Below are positions 47,256 through 56,318 of a stretch of 64,000 nt of DNA, one piece after another. How positions within the stretch are numbered: the stretch's first letter is position 1; each line of letters starts with the position of its first letter. Source of the stretch: an uncultured Alphaproteobacteria bacterium (GTDB lineage: Bacteria; Pseudomonadota; Alphaproteobacteria; Rs-D84). The notes below the pieces were generated by a model. That model saw nothing but the letters and a program-made list of their open reading frames with translations, ran no database searches and had not been told where the DNA came from. Position numbers and translations under genes: made by a program. The stretch lies in the NCBI GenBank assembly GCA_946623825.1, contig CAMORN010000001.1, forward strand, positions 258,246-322,245, in the 5' to 3' direction.

Positions 47256-50200
47256 TTATTCTATTGAATTATCGTGTGCATTATATGTTTCGTTGTTGTA
47301 TTGCACATGCATCTTTTTATCAGAGATTTTGTTTATATTTATATCATCATTGGTTAATATAATATAATGTACCCCGTCATTTGTTTGTATTGCCATAGAT
47401 GGACCATTTGGTTTTTCGTCTGTTAAACATATCTTGTCATCAGGATTTTCGCCAATATGCATCCATTTCTGGCTTTCGCAATAGAATTCCCATTTTGCAT
47501 ATAATGTCTGTTTGCCGGTGGCTGTATTTGGAATTATGTATGAATCATAACAATCTGTTAAATCTTCATAAGAACACCAGCCCGAGAACAAGAAATTCTT
47601 TTTCGTTGGTGTGCCGTCAATAATGGTTTCTGAACCGTAATTATAAGCATGTGGTGCATTTGCAAAATTTGTACCGCCATTTAACACATATTCAATATAA
47701 TATGTTTCAGGTGTCCATTGTGCGTACAATGTTATATCCCCAACAGAATCTGACGGTATAATAAACACTTGATTATCATTACCATCAAACCAACCATTAA
47801 ATATATATCCAGTATTTGTTGGAACACAATTTATTTCTTTTTCAACACCGACTGTATAATATTCGTTATCACAACCAGAACCACCATTTGTATAATCATA
47901 AATGATTTGATATTCAGCTGTTTCCCAAACGGCAGTCAAAGTTTTATTGCCATTTGAACCGTGTGGCAATTCGGTTATAATATTACCATGTTCATCAACC
48001 CAGTGAATGAAATTATAACCGTCTTTTGTTGGTGTTCCAAATGTGATAGTGTCAGATTCAACAGTATATTCATTTGGTGCGTTTTCATAATTTTCACCGC
48101 CATTTAATATGTATTCAATATTATATATTTCAGGTACCCATTTTGCATATAATGTTATGTCTTGTTCTTGTGTTAAATCAAACACATGTGATAAATCTGC
48201 ATTGTGTTCTATAATTCCACCGTTTTCTGGGGCTGCAATATATACGAAATTATATCCCAAGCCATTTGCAAATTGGTTCCAACCATTGAAAGAATATGCG
48301 TTTCTGAAAGGTTCTGCGTCAATGTAACCGATAATTTGTGTCCAATATATTTTACAAGCTTCCCCTTCGGCACAAACAATATCGTCAGGAACATTTGCCA
48401 CAACATCCCCGCCAGAATTAGTATCAAAATGAATATTTATTTTGCGCGCCCATACGGCAGTCAAAGTTTTATCGCCATTTGACCCATGTGGCAATTCAGT
48501 TATAACATCACCATTTTCATCCAACCAATGAATGAATTTATAACCGTCTTTAGTTGGTGTTCCGAATATAATATTTTCTGAATCTGCGGTATATGTAGCA
48601 GGGGCGTTTTCATAATTTTCACCGCCGTCTAATTCATATGTGATATTAAATATATCTGCGTCCCATTTTGCATATAATGTTTTGTTTCCGACAGAACCAA
48701 CCGGTATGTTTGTTATTATGTCACCTGTAAATTCAGCATTATCATACCAACCAATAAATCCAAAGAATTCGCGTTCGTCTGGGGCTGATATAGGTAAATC
48801 AGAATCCATATTGCTTGAATATTCGGTTGGGTTTGATGCGTTCAATGATTCATCTGCACCATTTAATACATAATTGATAGTGTATTTATAAACACAAGAT
48901 GAAATATCGCCAATATGTTCTTCGTCTTCGGTCCAATATTTATGACCGGAAACATATTCACCACCGTTCGGGGCTTCTGGACATTCTGTGAAACATTTTT
49001 TCATTGTAACATTATCGCCAGAAATAGAATCAGGATATTCAACCGGACACATTTCGCATGCAACATGACCGTCCCAATCAATTTCAAACCCAGTTAGATA
49101 TTGATATTGACCGGCATCACAAACGGTTGAAATATTAGAATTGTTAAAGATATTCGCCATACCGCCCGCGGTATATGTGGCACTACGATTTCCCGCTTCG
49201 TTATCAGATAAATAACCCGTAATACCCTTAAATAATTCAGTCGGCACCGGTGCGGTTAAATATTGTGTGTCTGCAAATGTTTCTTCAAACATAGGATATT
49301 TACTATTAGAAATATCAACTGCTGGTAATGTACCAGAAATATTTTGGAATAATTTTACTGGGATAGGTGTTGCATTACCATTTTCGTCTTTACCAAGATT
49401 AGTTGCCCCCTTGAAAGTCATTCTTAATCCAAGTGGTGCAGTTCCAGTAACATTTTTGAATAAATCTTCTGGTATTGGACCGGTTAAACCAGATGCGTTC
49501 AAGAAAGTTTTATTAAATGAACCATGCTTTATAGGACCTGATATACCTTCAAATAAAGTTGCTGGAATTGGCCCTGTCAGATTAGAACAGTTTTCAAATG
49601 TTCTTGCAAACATATATTCAGCAGGCACACCATTAAAACGACCAAACAAATTTTGTGGTATTGAACCTGTCAGCCCAGAACACCCATTAAATGTGTTTGT
49701 AAACATATAAGTTGCAGGTGTCCCGTTTATGTTTCCAAACAAATTTTGTGGTATTGAACCTGTCAGCCCAGAACACCCATTAAATGTTGATGAAAACATA
49801 TAAGGGGCAGGTGCTCCGTTTATATTTCCAAACAGATTTTCTGGAATTGAACCTGATAGCCCGGAACATCCATAAAATGTTGATGTAAACATATAAGTTG
49901 CAGGTGTCCCGTTTATGTTTCCAAACAGGTTTTCTGGAATTGAACCTGATAGCCCAGAACATCCATAAAAGGTTGATGTAAACATATAAGGGGCAGGAGC
50001 TCCATTTAGATTTCCAAACAGGTTTTCTGGAATTTGACCTGTTATATTTGGATTATTATAAAATGTCCTGTTAAACATACATTTTTGTGGTGCACCAGAT
50101 AATTTACCAAATAAACCACTATATTTTTTGTTGTTTTCAGTGTCGGTTATATCTGCTGGCAAATTTCCAGATAAATTGGTGGCACCAAATGTCAATGCAA

Positions 50201-52652
50201 ACAAAGCATCTGTATAATTTCCATTTAAACCACTAAACAGGTTTTGTGGTATTTCCCCAGATAATTTTGTACAACCATAGAATGATTGGTTAAACATACT
50301 TTTTCTTGGTTGACCAGTTATGTTTGCAAATAATTCTGGTGGAATTGGTCCCTCTAAATTTGTACAGTTTTCAAAAGCAGCAATAAATGTTGGTTGTGTG
50401 CCGTTCGGGGCAGTTGGAAATACAGCGCTTAAATTGCCTTCTATTCGTTTTAATTTGTCGCGCGTTGCGTTGTTAGATTCAGCTTTGAGCCAGCTATTAC
50501 CAAACCAAAAAGTAGGATGATAGTTTCCACCGCAATCATCATTTACCGTATCGTTTGTGTCATAATTAGTCATATTTTTAGAAGACATACCAATTCTGTA
50601 TGTTCCTGCATTTGCATAAGTGTGTTGTTGATATTCGCTTGAAGCAGATGCGATATCAATCGTTCCGTCGCCCCAATCTATATATACTGTTCCTGTATAG
50701 TTTGATACATAAAATGCGAATTTTTCCCCCGCATTCATTGGTGTTGTTGTCATCCAGAATGCTGAATTTGGATATGTATGACCGTATATTGTAACCGTAT
50801 TAGAACCATTGGATAGATTCTGTAATAAATCAAGCGTCAATGTTGTAATACGGTTTGAAGAAGTGTTTATATTAAATCCGTTTTTATCATTAAACCACGC
50901 ATAGAAAGATAGATTTTCCGATAATGTTGGGTCGGTTAAATCAAATGGTTGTGTTTCGCCAACAACCCATTGTGTTGGGTTTGTTGTTGTCAGTGCTTGT
51001 CCATTTTCATCAACATATTTGATTGTGTATATGTTTGTTTTCCATTTTGCGTATAATGTTTTGTTGCCTGAAAATTGGGTGGATGTTGTTATTGGTTCAC
51101 CGCTGAAACCAGTGTTATCATACCAACCAATAAAATCAGAATTTTGTCTGGTTGTTGTTGGTATTGTGTTCAATGTATATCCGCCGGCATTTGCGTCTGA
51201 ATAATAAATTTTTTGCACCGCCACCGCAGAGCCACCATTTGTGACAAATGTCAATGTTGCATAACATTTTGTTTTATCTGTTGCACCTTCGTCAGAATTT
51301 GGGTATTCGGTTGGGCATTTTTCAATAGATGTTGTTGTGTCTAAACAACTGTATTCGCCACCACGACAAAATGAATTCGCAGGGCAATTTGTTGGTTCTG
51401 GTGTTGTGATGGTGGACATCAAAGTTGTCTTGAAATCATTATCCCATGAAAAATGGTCACCACAATTACCCGCACATTCATTTCCGCAAATATCCCCATT
51501 TTCAAATGTTCCAGATAAAATCCATTTTGTAGAACCAAATATATCGGTCATATTACACCAACAATTTGAACCATAAATTGTGTCTGAATCAAATTGAACA
51601 TCGGATAATTCTTTGTAAGAACCGCCAATGTCACTGCACGCGGAACGACCACTGAAATTTATTTGTGGGTCAGAACCAAAATGAACCAACCATGAATTTT
51701 CAGGTTTGTTTTCAATTAAACTGTCGTCATCACAGAATGTGACACTGCGTGATTTATGGCATTTATAACCCGTTCCAGATATATCATACACCGGTGGAAT
51801 ATATTGTCCCGGCTGTAATATAATAGAGCATGAATAATTTCTGGTTATACATGTTTGGGTTGTTGTGTCCCAATATTCTGTTTCTGCATCACAAGAATCA
51901 GGTCCCGTCTTTCTTATACATGGATTTTCAATTGTTGCACCCGCACCATTTGCAGTTTCATATTTGGTATCGCATACGCATGAAGATGAACCGCTTTCGC
52001 TGTGTGAATTTTCAGGACATTGATATAAACCATTTGTCCCAGATTCTATGTCGCCACCCGGACAATATGAATCAGCAGGGCAATCAGCCGTTCTTAAAAT
52101 CGCAGTATTAAACAAGTTTTCTTTTATCGAATTGTCTGGCCATCTGTAAACATGTCCCGCTAATTGTGCGCAATCGTGTGCGCAATTTTCCCAACATGGT
52201 TGATTATTATCAATTGCACCACGCGCAACCCATTTTGATTTATATGAATAATTGTTATTTGGGTCGTTTTCACCGTTTAATCTGCACCAACAAAGATACC
52301 CATTACCAACATTGCCACGATCAAAATCTTCATCTGAAACATCGCCCCACGAACCGTAAGTTAAACATGCAGAATCACCGTATATTTTACCGTAATCAAA
52401 TATTGTATAGAAAGAATTTTCAGGAATGTTTTCAGATGCCTGATTATTGTTATATCCGTGATATTGAATAGAAGATTCATTGTTCGGCGCATCTGCGTTC
52501 ACATCAACCCATGTTGGCAAAGGTTCTGAAACAATATATTTACCAGAATCTATTGTTATTGCGTTTGCGTTTAAAGAACAGAGCGACACGAACAATACGG
52601 ATAAAATCCGTATGACAAAAAAACTGCAAAAAAACGACGGTTTTTTATGCAA
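47256..52652 (-). CDS. giant secreted cysteine-rich repeat protein (1798 aa) with Listeria-Bacteroides (Flg_new-type) repeats and LRR-like 31-aa repeats
   Basis: The TTG start is the only start that preserves the signal peptide MHKKPSFFCSFFVIRILSVLFVSLCSLNANA. There are two Cys-rich N-terminal modules of about 200 aa. Repeated Y-I-Y-x-L-N-G-G...G-Y-x-F-x-G-W...L-Y-A-x-W units are present, plus a central block of F-x-G-C-S-G-L-x-G-S-I-P-x-N-L-F repeats. Confidence 0.8.
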   Translation of the reverse strand: MHKKPSFFCSFFVIRILSVLFVSLCSLNANAITIDSGKYIVSEPLPTWVDVNADAPNNESSIQYHGYNNNQASENIPENSFYTIFDYGKIYGDSACLTYGSWGDVSDEDFDRGNVGNGYLCWCRLNGENDPNNNYSYKSKWVARGAIDNNQPCWENCAHDCAQLAGHVYRWPDNSIKENLFNTAILRTADCPADSYCPGGDIESGTNGLYQCPENSHSESGSSSCVCDTKYETANGAGATIENPCIRKTGPDSCDAETEYWDTTTQTCITRNYSCSIILQPGQYIPPVYDISGTGYKCHKSRSVTFCDDDSLIENKPENSWLVHFGSDPQINFSGRSACSDIGGSYKELSDVQFDSDTIYGSNCWCNMTDIFGSTKWILSGTFENGDICGNECAGNCGDHFSWDNDFKTTLMSTITTPEPTNCPANSFCRGGEYSCLDTTTSIEKCPTEYPNSDEGATDKTKCYATLTFVTNGGSAVAVQKIYYSDANAGGYTLNTIPTTTRQNSDFIGWYDNTGFSGEPITTSTQFSGNKTLYAKWKTNIYTIKYVDENGQALTTTNPTQWVVGETQPFDLTDPTLSENLSFYAWFNDKNGFNINTSSNRITTLTLDLLQNLSNGSNTVTIYGHTYPNSAFWMTTTPMNAGEKFAFYVSNYTGTVYIDWGDGTIDIASASSEYQQHTYANAGTYRIGMSSKNMTNYDTNDTVNDDCGGNYHPTFWFGNSWLKAESNNATRDKLKRIEGNLSAVFPTAPNGTQPTFIAAFENCTNLEGPIPPELFANITGQPRKSMFNQSFYGCTKLSGEIPQNLFSGLNGNYTDALFALTFGATNLSGNLPADITDTENNKKYSGLFGKLSGAPQKCMFNRTFYNNPNITGQIPENLFGNLNGAPAPYMFTSTFYGCSGLSGSIPENLFGNINGTPATYMFTSTFYGCSGLSGSIPENLFGNINGAPAPYMFSSTFNGCSGLTGSIPQNLFGNINGTPATYMFTNTFNGCSGLTGSIPQNLFGRFNGVPAEYMFARTFENCSNLTGPIPATLFEGISGPIKHGSFNKTFLNASGLTGPIPEDLFKNVTGTAPLGLRMTFKGATNLGKDENGNATPIPVKLFQNISGTLPAVDISNSKYPMFEETFADTQYLTAPVPTELFKGITGYLSDNEAGNRSATYTAGGMANIFNNSNISTVCDAGQYQYLTGFEIDWDGHVACEMCPVEYPDSISGDNVTMKKCFTECPEAPNGGEYVSGHKYWTEDEEHIGDISSCVYKYTINYVLNGADESLNASNPTEYSSNMDSDLPISAPDEREFFGFIGWYDNAEFTGDIITNIPVGSVGNKTLYAKWDADIFNITYELDGGENYENAPATYTADSENIIFGTPTKDGYKFIHWLDENGDVITELPHGSNGDKTLTAVWARKINIHFDTNSGGDVVANVPDDIVCAEGEACKIYWTQIIGYIDAEPFRNAYSFNGWNQFANGLGYNFVYIAAPENGGIIEHNADLSHVFDLTQEQDITLYAKWVPEIYNIEYILNGGENYENAPNEYTVESDTITFGTPTKDGYNFIHWVDEHGNIITELPHGSNGNKTLTAVWETAEYQIIYDYTNGGSGCDNEYYTVGVEKEINCVPTNTGYIFNGWFDGNDNQVFIIPSDSVGDITLYAQWTPETYYIEYVLNGGTNFANAPHAYNYGSETIIDGTPTKKNFLFSGWCSYEDLTDCYDSYIIPNTATGKQTLYAKWEFYCESQKWMHIGENPDDKICLTDEKPNGPSMAIQTNDGVHYIILTNDDININKISDKKMHVQYNNETYNAHDNSIE
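49590..50070 (-). repeat. about five near-identical 93-bp (31-codon) tandem repeats inside the giant gene
   Basis: CCAAAC... register points lie at 49642, 49735, 49828, 49921 and 50014, a period of 93 nt. They encode FGNINGTPATYMFTSTFYGCSGLSGSIPENL-type units. Confidence 0.85.
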
Positions 52653-52681
52653 AATTAAATCTCTTCCTTTCTAACATTTTT

Positions 52682-52710
52682 ATGTTAGAAAAAATGGAAA
52701 TTTTAAGCAA
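52682..52710 (-). promoter_or_regulatory. promoter of the giant gene, with the -10 inside an 18-bp palindrome
   Basis: On the reverse strand: TTGCTT (52710-52705), a 17-nt spacer, then TAACAT (52687-52682). The palindrome CTAACATTTTTATGTTAG spans 52671-52688. Confidence 0.55.
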
Positions 52711-52715
52711 GTTTT

Positions 52716-53630
52716 TTATTTCTCTGCGGACATAGGATGGGCGTGGTTATATGCATCCATTATTTCTGCCATATTTACTTTCGTGTACAATTGTGTTGTT
52801 GACAGGGAAGAATGTCCCAATAGTTCCTGTAAAGAGCGTAAATCTGCACCACCCGCCAATAATGCAGTTGCGAAAGTATGTCGCAAAGCGTGCGGTGTTA
52901 CATAATCAGGTAATTGCAAATAATGACGCAATTTTTCAATAACTTTTTCTGCCATACGCGATGACATAGGCAGCCCGCGAACACTGCGAAACAATGGGGC
53001 GTTTGAATCATGTCCAAATGGGCGAATTTTTATGTATTTTTGAATTGCTTCATTTACGGCAGGCAACACCGGAACAATGCGTTCTTTGTTACCTTTACCA
53101 ACGATGTGTAATGAAGTAGGGTTGTTTGCAACATCGCTGTTTTTTAATGATAAAGCTTCACTTATACGCAAACCGCATCCAAATATTAACACAACCAGCG
53201 CCCAATCGCGTGCACCAATCCATGGGTCGTTTGCATCTATTTCTTTGATAGCGGTGTGCATATCTGCAACATCTGTGGTTTCAATTGCCTTGGACAATTT
53301 GCGTGGAACCTTTGGCGAAGATATTAAACCAATAGCATCGTTTTGAATGTTTTTGTACCGCCCCAGATATTTATAAAACGTTCGCAGTGATGACAATGCG
53401 CGTGCGGTTGATTTATGACTTAAATTGCGACGGGCACGGTCTGCCAACCACGAACGAAAAGATATGGTGTCTGCCCCTGCAATATCAATCAGGGTGGTGT
53501 CGCCATCATTGAATCTTTTATAAAAATTTACGAAATCTAATATGTCGGTTTCATATGCAGAAACAGTATGTGTTGAATAGTTTTTTGTATTCAACAAATA
53601 ATCTGTAAATTCAGCAATAATTTCGTTCAT
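52716..53630 (-). CDS. XerC/XerD-family tyrosine recombinase
   Basis: ARALSSLRTFYKYL, GLRISEAL, and HALRHTFATALLAGGADLRSLQELLGHSSLSTTQLYT (R-H-R-Y catalytic set). The start was set at ATG 53630 because the track start 53648 is TTG and overlaps the upstream gene. Confidence 0.88.
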   Translation of the reverse strand: MNEIIAEFTDYLLNTKNYSTHTVSAYETDILDFVNFYKRFNDGDTTLIDIAGADTISFRSWLADRARRNLSHKSTARALSSLRTFYKYLGRYKNIQNDAIGLISSPKVPRKLSKAIETTDVADMHTAIKEIDANDPWIGARDWALVVLIFGCGLRISEALSLKNSDVANNPTSLHIVGKGNKERIVPVLPAVNEAIQKYIKIRPFGHDSNAPLFRSVRGLPMSSRMAEKVIEKLRHYLQLPDYVTPHALRHTFATALLAGGADLRSLQELLGHSSLSTTQLYTKVNMAEIMDAYNHAHPMSAEK

Positions 53631-53634
53631 TTTT

Positions 53635-54372
53635 TTATTTAATCTCAAATGTTGCAGATACAGAAACGGTTATTTCTGTGTCTTTGCTGACAATACTGCC
53701 AGATGTGTCAAAAGATGTTCCTGCAACCGCTTTTGCAGACATCAAACGGAAATTTGTATAATCGCGTTCACCATAAGACACATTGTTATAAGATACTGAT
53801 AATAATTTACCAGCACGCTTTTTATCAGATGAAACCAATGCGTTTGCGCGTTCACGTGCGTTTTCAACGGCAACTGATAAACATTTTTCAAGTACAGGTT
53901 TAATTTTTTCTTTGCTTGTGAATAAACGCAGATTTTCAGTATAAACATTTTCTTCGCCTGCAAATTTATTCAATAAATTTTCAATTGTTTCTGTTTTATC
54001 AGATGATATTTCGACAGAAATACTTGTTTCTGTGCCTAAGACAATAGATTCTTGTTTTTCGCTGTCCCATTTTGTTTTTTCATACGAATTAAAATTCGCA
54101 GTTTGCATTTGAACATCTTGTTCTTTCAAATATTCAGTAATTGCATTCATTTTTGATGTTGCAATTTGCATAGATTTGGCAGGGTTTTTATCCATAGCAA
54201 CAACACGCAGAGTAATTGCAGTTTTATCTTTCGGGACAGATGTTAAACATTCGCCAACAACATCTATTTTTGGTGTTTCTGATTTTGTTTTATCGATGTT
54301 GCAAAATATTGCCAATAACACAGCAGTTATACCGGCAATAACAATAGTTTGATTTGTTGTTGTTTGTTTCAT
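53635..54372 (-). CDS. periplasmic SIMPL/DUF541-like protein
   Basis: An N-terminal TM/signal, and a length and alternating pattern reminiscent of 26-kDa periplasmic immunogenic proteins. This is a weak call from memory only. Confidence 0.4.
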   Translation of the reverse strand: MKQTTTNQTIVIAGITAVLLAIFCNIDKTKSETPKIDVVGECLTSVPKDKTAITLRVVAMDKNPAKSMQIATSKMNAITEYLKEQDVQMQTANFNSYEKTKWDSEKQESIVLGTETSISVEISSDKTETIENLLNKFAGEENVYTENLRLFTSKEKIKPVLEKCLSVAVENARERANALVSSDKKRAGKLLSVSYNNVSYGERDYTNFRLMSAKAVAGTSFDTSGSIVSKDTEITVSVSATFEIK

Positions 54373-54395
54373 AATCTCTCTCCGATTTTATTGGT

Positions 54396-55388
54396 TTAGC
54401 CCAACATTTTCTTTTTTACTTTTTCAATTGTACGAGACGCAATTTTATGTGCAATATCCGCACCAGATTGCAAGATTGCATCTATTTCTTGTTTGTTGTT
54501 TAATAAACGTTCGTATTCTGCGCGTGGTTTGGACAATACAGAATCTATTTTTTCAAATAACATTGTTTTTGCAGTGCCATAACCCATACCACCATCTAAA
54601 AACATTTTTCTGAATGCCGCTGTTTCAGATTCAGATGCAAATTGTTTATACAATTGGAATATCGTTGATTCATCAGGATTTTTTGGTTCTTCTGGTGTTT
54701 TAGAATCTGTGATTATGCGCATAACCTTTTTCTTTAATTCGTTGCTTGGTGCGAACAAAGGAATTGTGTTGTCATAAGATTTGCTCATTTTTCTGCCGTC
54801 CAGACCCGGTATTAAACCAATGTCTTCACCAATAACTGGTTCTGGCATTTTAAATGTTTCACCGTAAGTGTTATTGAAATATCCCGCGATATCACGTGCA
54901 AATTCAACATGTTGTTTTTGGTCTTTGCCAACCGGAACAATATCACTGTTATAAAGCAATATATCAGCAGCCATCAACACAGGGTAGGTATATAATCCCA
55001 TGTTTACACCCGCATCAACATCAACACCCAATTCTGTGTTTTTTTCAACCACAGCCTTGTAAGAATGTGCACGGTTCATCAAACCTTTTGGTGTAACATT
55101 CATCAAGAAATTAGATAATTTGTAAATTTCATCTATGTCAGATTGACGAAACAAAATAGCATTTTCCAGATTCAACCCCATTGCAATTAATAATGCTGCG
55201 ATTTCGTATGTGTGTTGTTTTAAAGACTTGGCATCTTTTATAGTGTTTAATGCGTGTAAATCAGCAATAAACATAATTGTTTTATGATTTTGAGATAATT
55301 CAATCAATGGCTTCAGTGCACCCAAATAATTTCCAATGTGAGGGGTGCCTGTTGGTTTGATTCCAGTTAAAACAATTTTGTCATTCAT
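54396..55388 (-). CDS. trpS: tryptophan--tRNA ligase
   Basis: GIKPTGTPHIGNYLGAL (HIGH) and KMSKS. Confidence 0.93.
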   Translation of the reverse strand: MNDKIVLTGIKPTGTPHIGNYLGALKPLIELSQNHKTIMFIADLHALNTIKDAKSLKQHTYEIAALLIAMGLNLENAILFRQSDIDEIYKLSNFLMNVTPKGLMNRAHSYKAVVEKNTELGVDVDAGVNMGLYTYPVLMAADILLYNSDIVPVGKDQKQHVEFARDIAGYFNNTYGETFKMPEPVIGEDIGLIPGLDGRKMSKSYDNTIPLFAPSNELKKKVMRIITDSKTPEEPKNPDESTIFQLYKQFASESETAAFRKMFLDGGMGYGTAKTMLFEKIDSVLSKPRAEYERLLNNKQEIDAILQSGADIAHKIASRTIEKVKKKMLG

Positions 55389-55413
55389 AAAACATACCTT
55401 TTTTATTAAATAA

Positions 55414-55442
55414 ATAATATCACAATAGTATTACAAAAGCAA
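55414..55442 (-). promoter_or_regulatory. sigma70-type promoter of trpS
   Basis: On the reverse strand: TTGCTT (55442-55437), a 17-nt spacer, then TATTAT (55419-55414). Confidence 0.55.
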
Positions 55443-55454
55443 GATTTCGCAACA

Positions 55455-55487
55455 AAAAAGCCACCCAGAAAGGGTGGCTTAATTTTA
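55455..55487 (-). terminator. intrinsic terminator after rpsD
   Basis: The reverse strand reads AAGCCACCCTTTCTGGGTGGCTTTTTTG. Confidence 0.8.
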
Positions 55488-55502
55488 TTGTTCCCGTCAG
55501 TA

Positions 55503-56135
55503 TTAACGAGAATAAAATTCGACGACCAATTCTGGTTGCATTTGTACAGGATATGGAACGTCTTCAAATGCTGGAACACGAGTAAATGTTGCTGTGAAAT
55601 TAGCGCTATCTACTGTGATATAATCTGGGAAGTTGCGTTCGCCAGATTCCAAGGCCAAAACGACCAAAGGCATTTGTTTTGCTTTTTCGCTGACGGTGAT
55701 AACATCGCCTGGGTTTACGCGATAAGAAGCAATTTTAACACGTTTACCATTTACATAAATATGACCGTGGCTTACCAATTGGCGTGCAGAGAACACTGTT
55801 GGAGCCAATTTTGAACGATATACAACTGCGTCCAAACGTCTTTCCAACAAACCAATCAAGTTTTCAGGTGCGTCACCTTTCATATTTTCTGCTTCTGCAT
55901 AGTATTTATGGAATTTCTTTTCGCCAATATTACCATAATAGCCCTTCAAAGTCTGTTTTGCGCGCATCTGTTTTGCGTAATCAGATGAAGATGAACCACG
56001 AGATGTTGGTCCATGTTGACCAGGTTTATATTTGCGTTTATTAAATGGGGATTTAGCCTGACCCCAAAGATTTACGCCCAATGAACGTCCAATCTTTAAT
56101 TTACGTGTGCTACGTTTTGCACCAGCTCTTGCCAT
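55503..56135 (-). CDS. rpsD: 30S ribosomal protein S4
   Basis: MARAGAKRSTRKLKIGRSLGVNLWG... and an S4 RNA-binding domain (RLDAVVYRSKLAPTVFSARQLVSHGHIYVNGKRV). Confidence 0.94.
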   Translation of the reverse strand: MARAGAKRSTRKLKIGRSLGVNLWGQAKSPFNKRKYKPGQHGPTSRGSSSSDYAKQMRAKQTLKGYYGNIGEKKFHKYYAEAENMKGDAPENLIGLLERRLDAVVYRSKLAPTVFSARQLVSHGHIYVNGKRVKIASYRVNPGDVITVSEKAKQMPLVVLALESGERNFPDYITVDSANFTATFTRVPAFEDVPYPVQMQPELVVEFYSR

Positions 56136-56318
56136 AATATTATCCTTTTATTTTGGTTTTTCTTGTGCCGAACATTTGACAGAATCCTTATTCCAAATGG
56201 GACCAAAAGACACCATTGGTTATTCAGTTCTGACTACTCAGCGAGGCTAATATTATAATATAATTTCAGAAAAATCAAGTGTTTTTGCGTGTTTTACAAA
56301 ATAAAATTTGATAAATGT

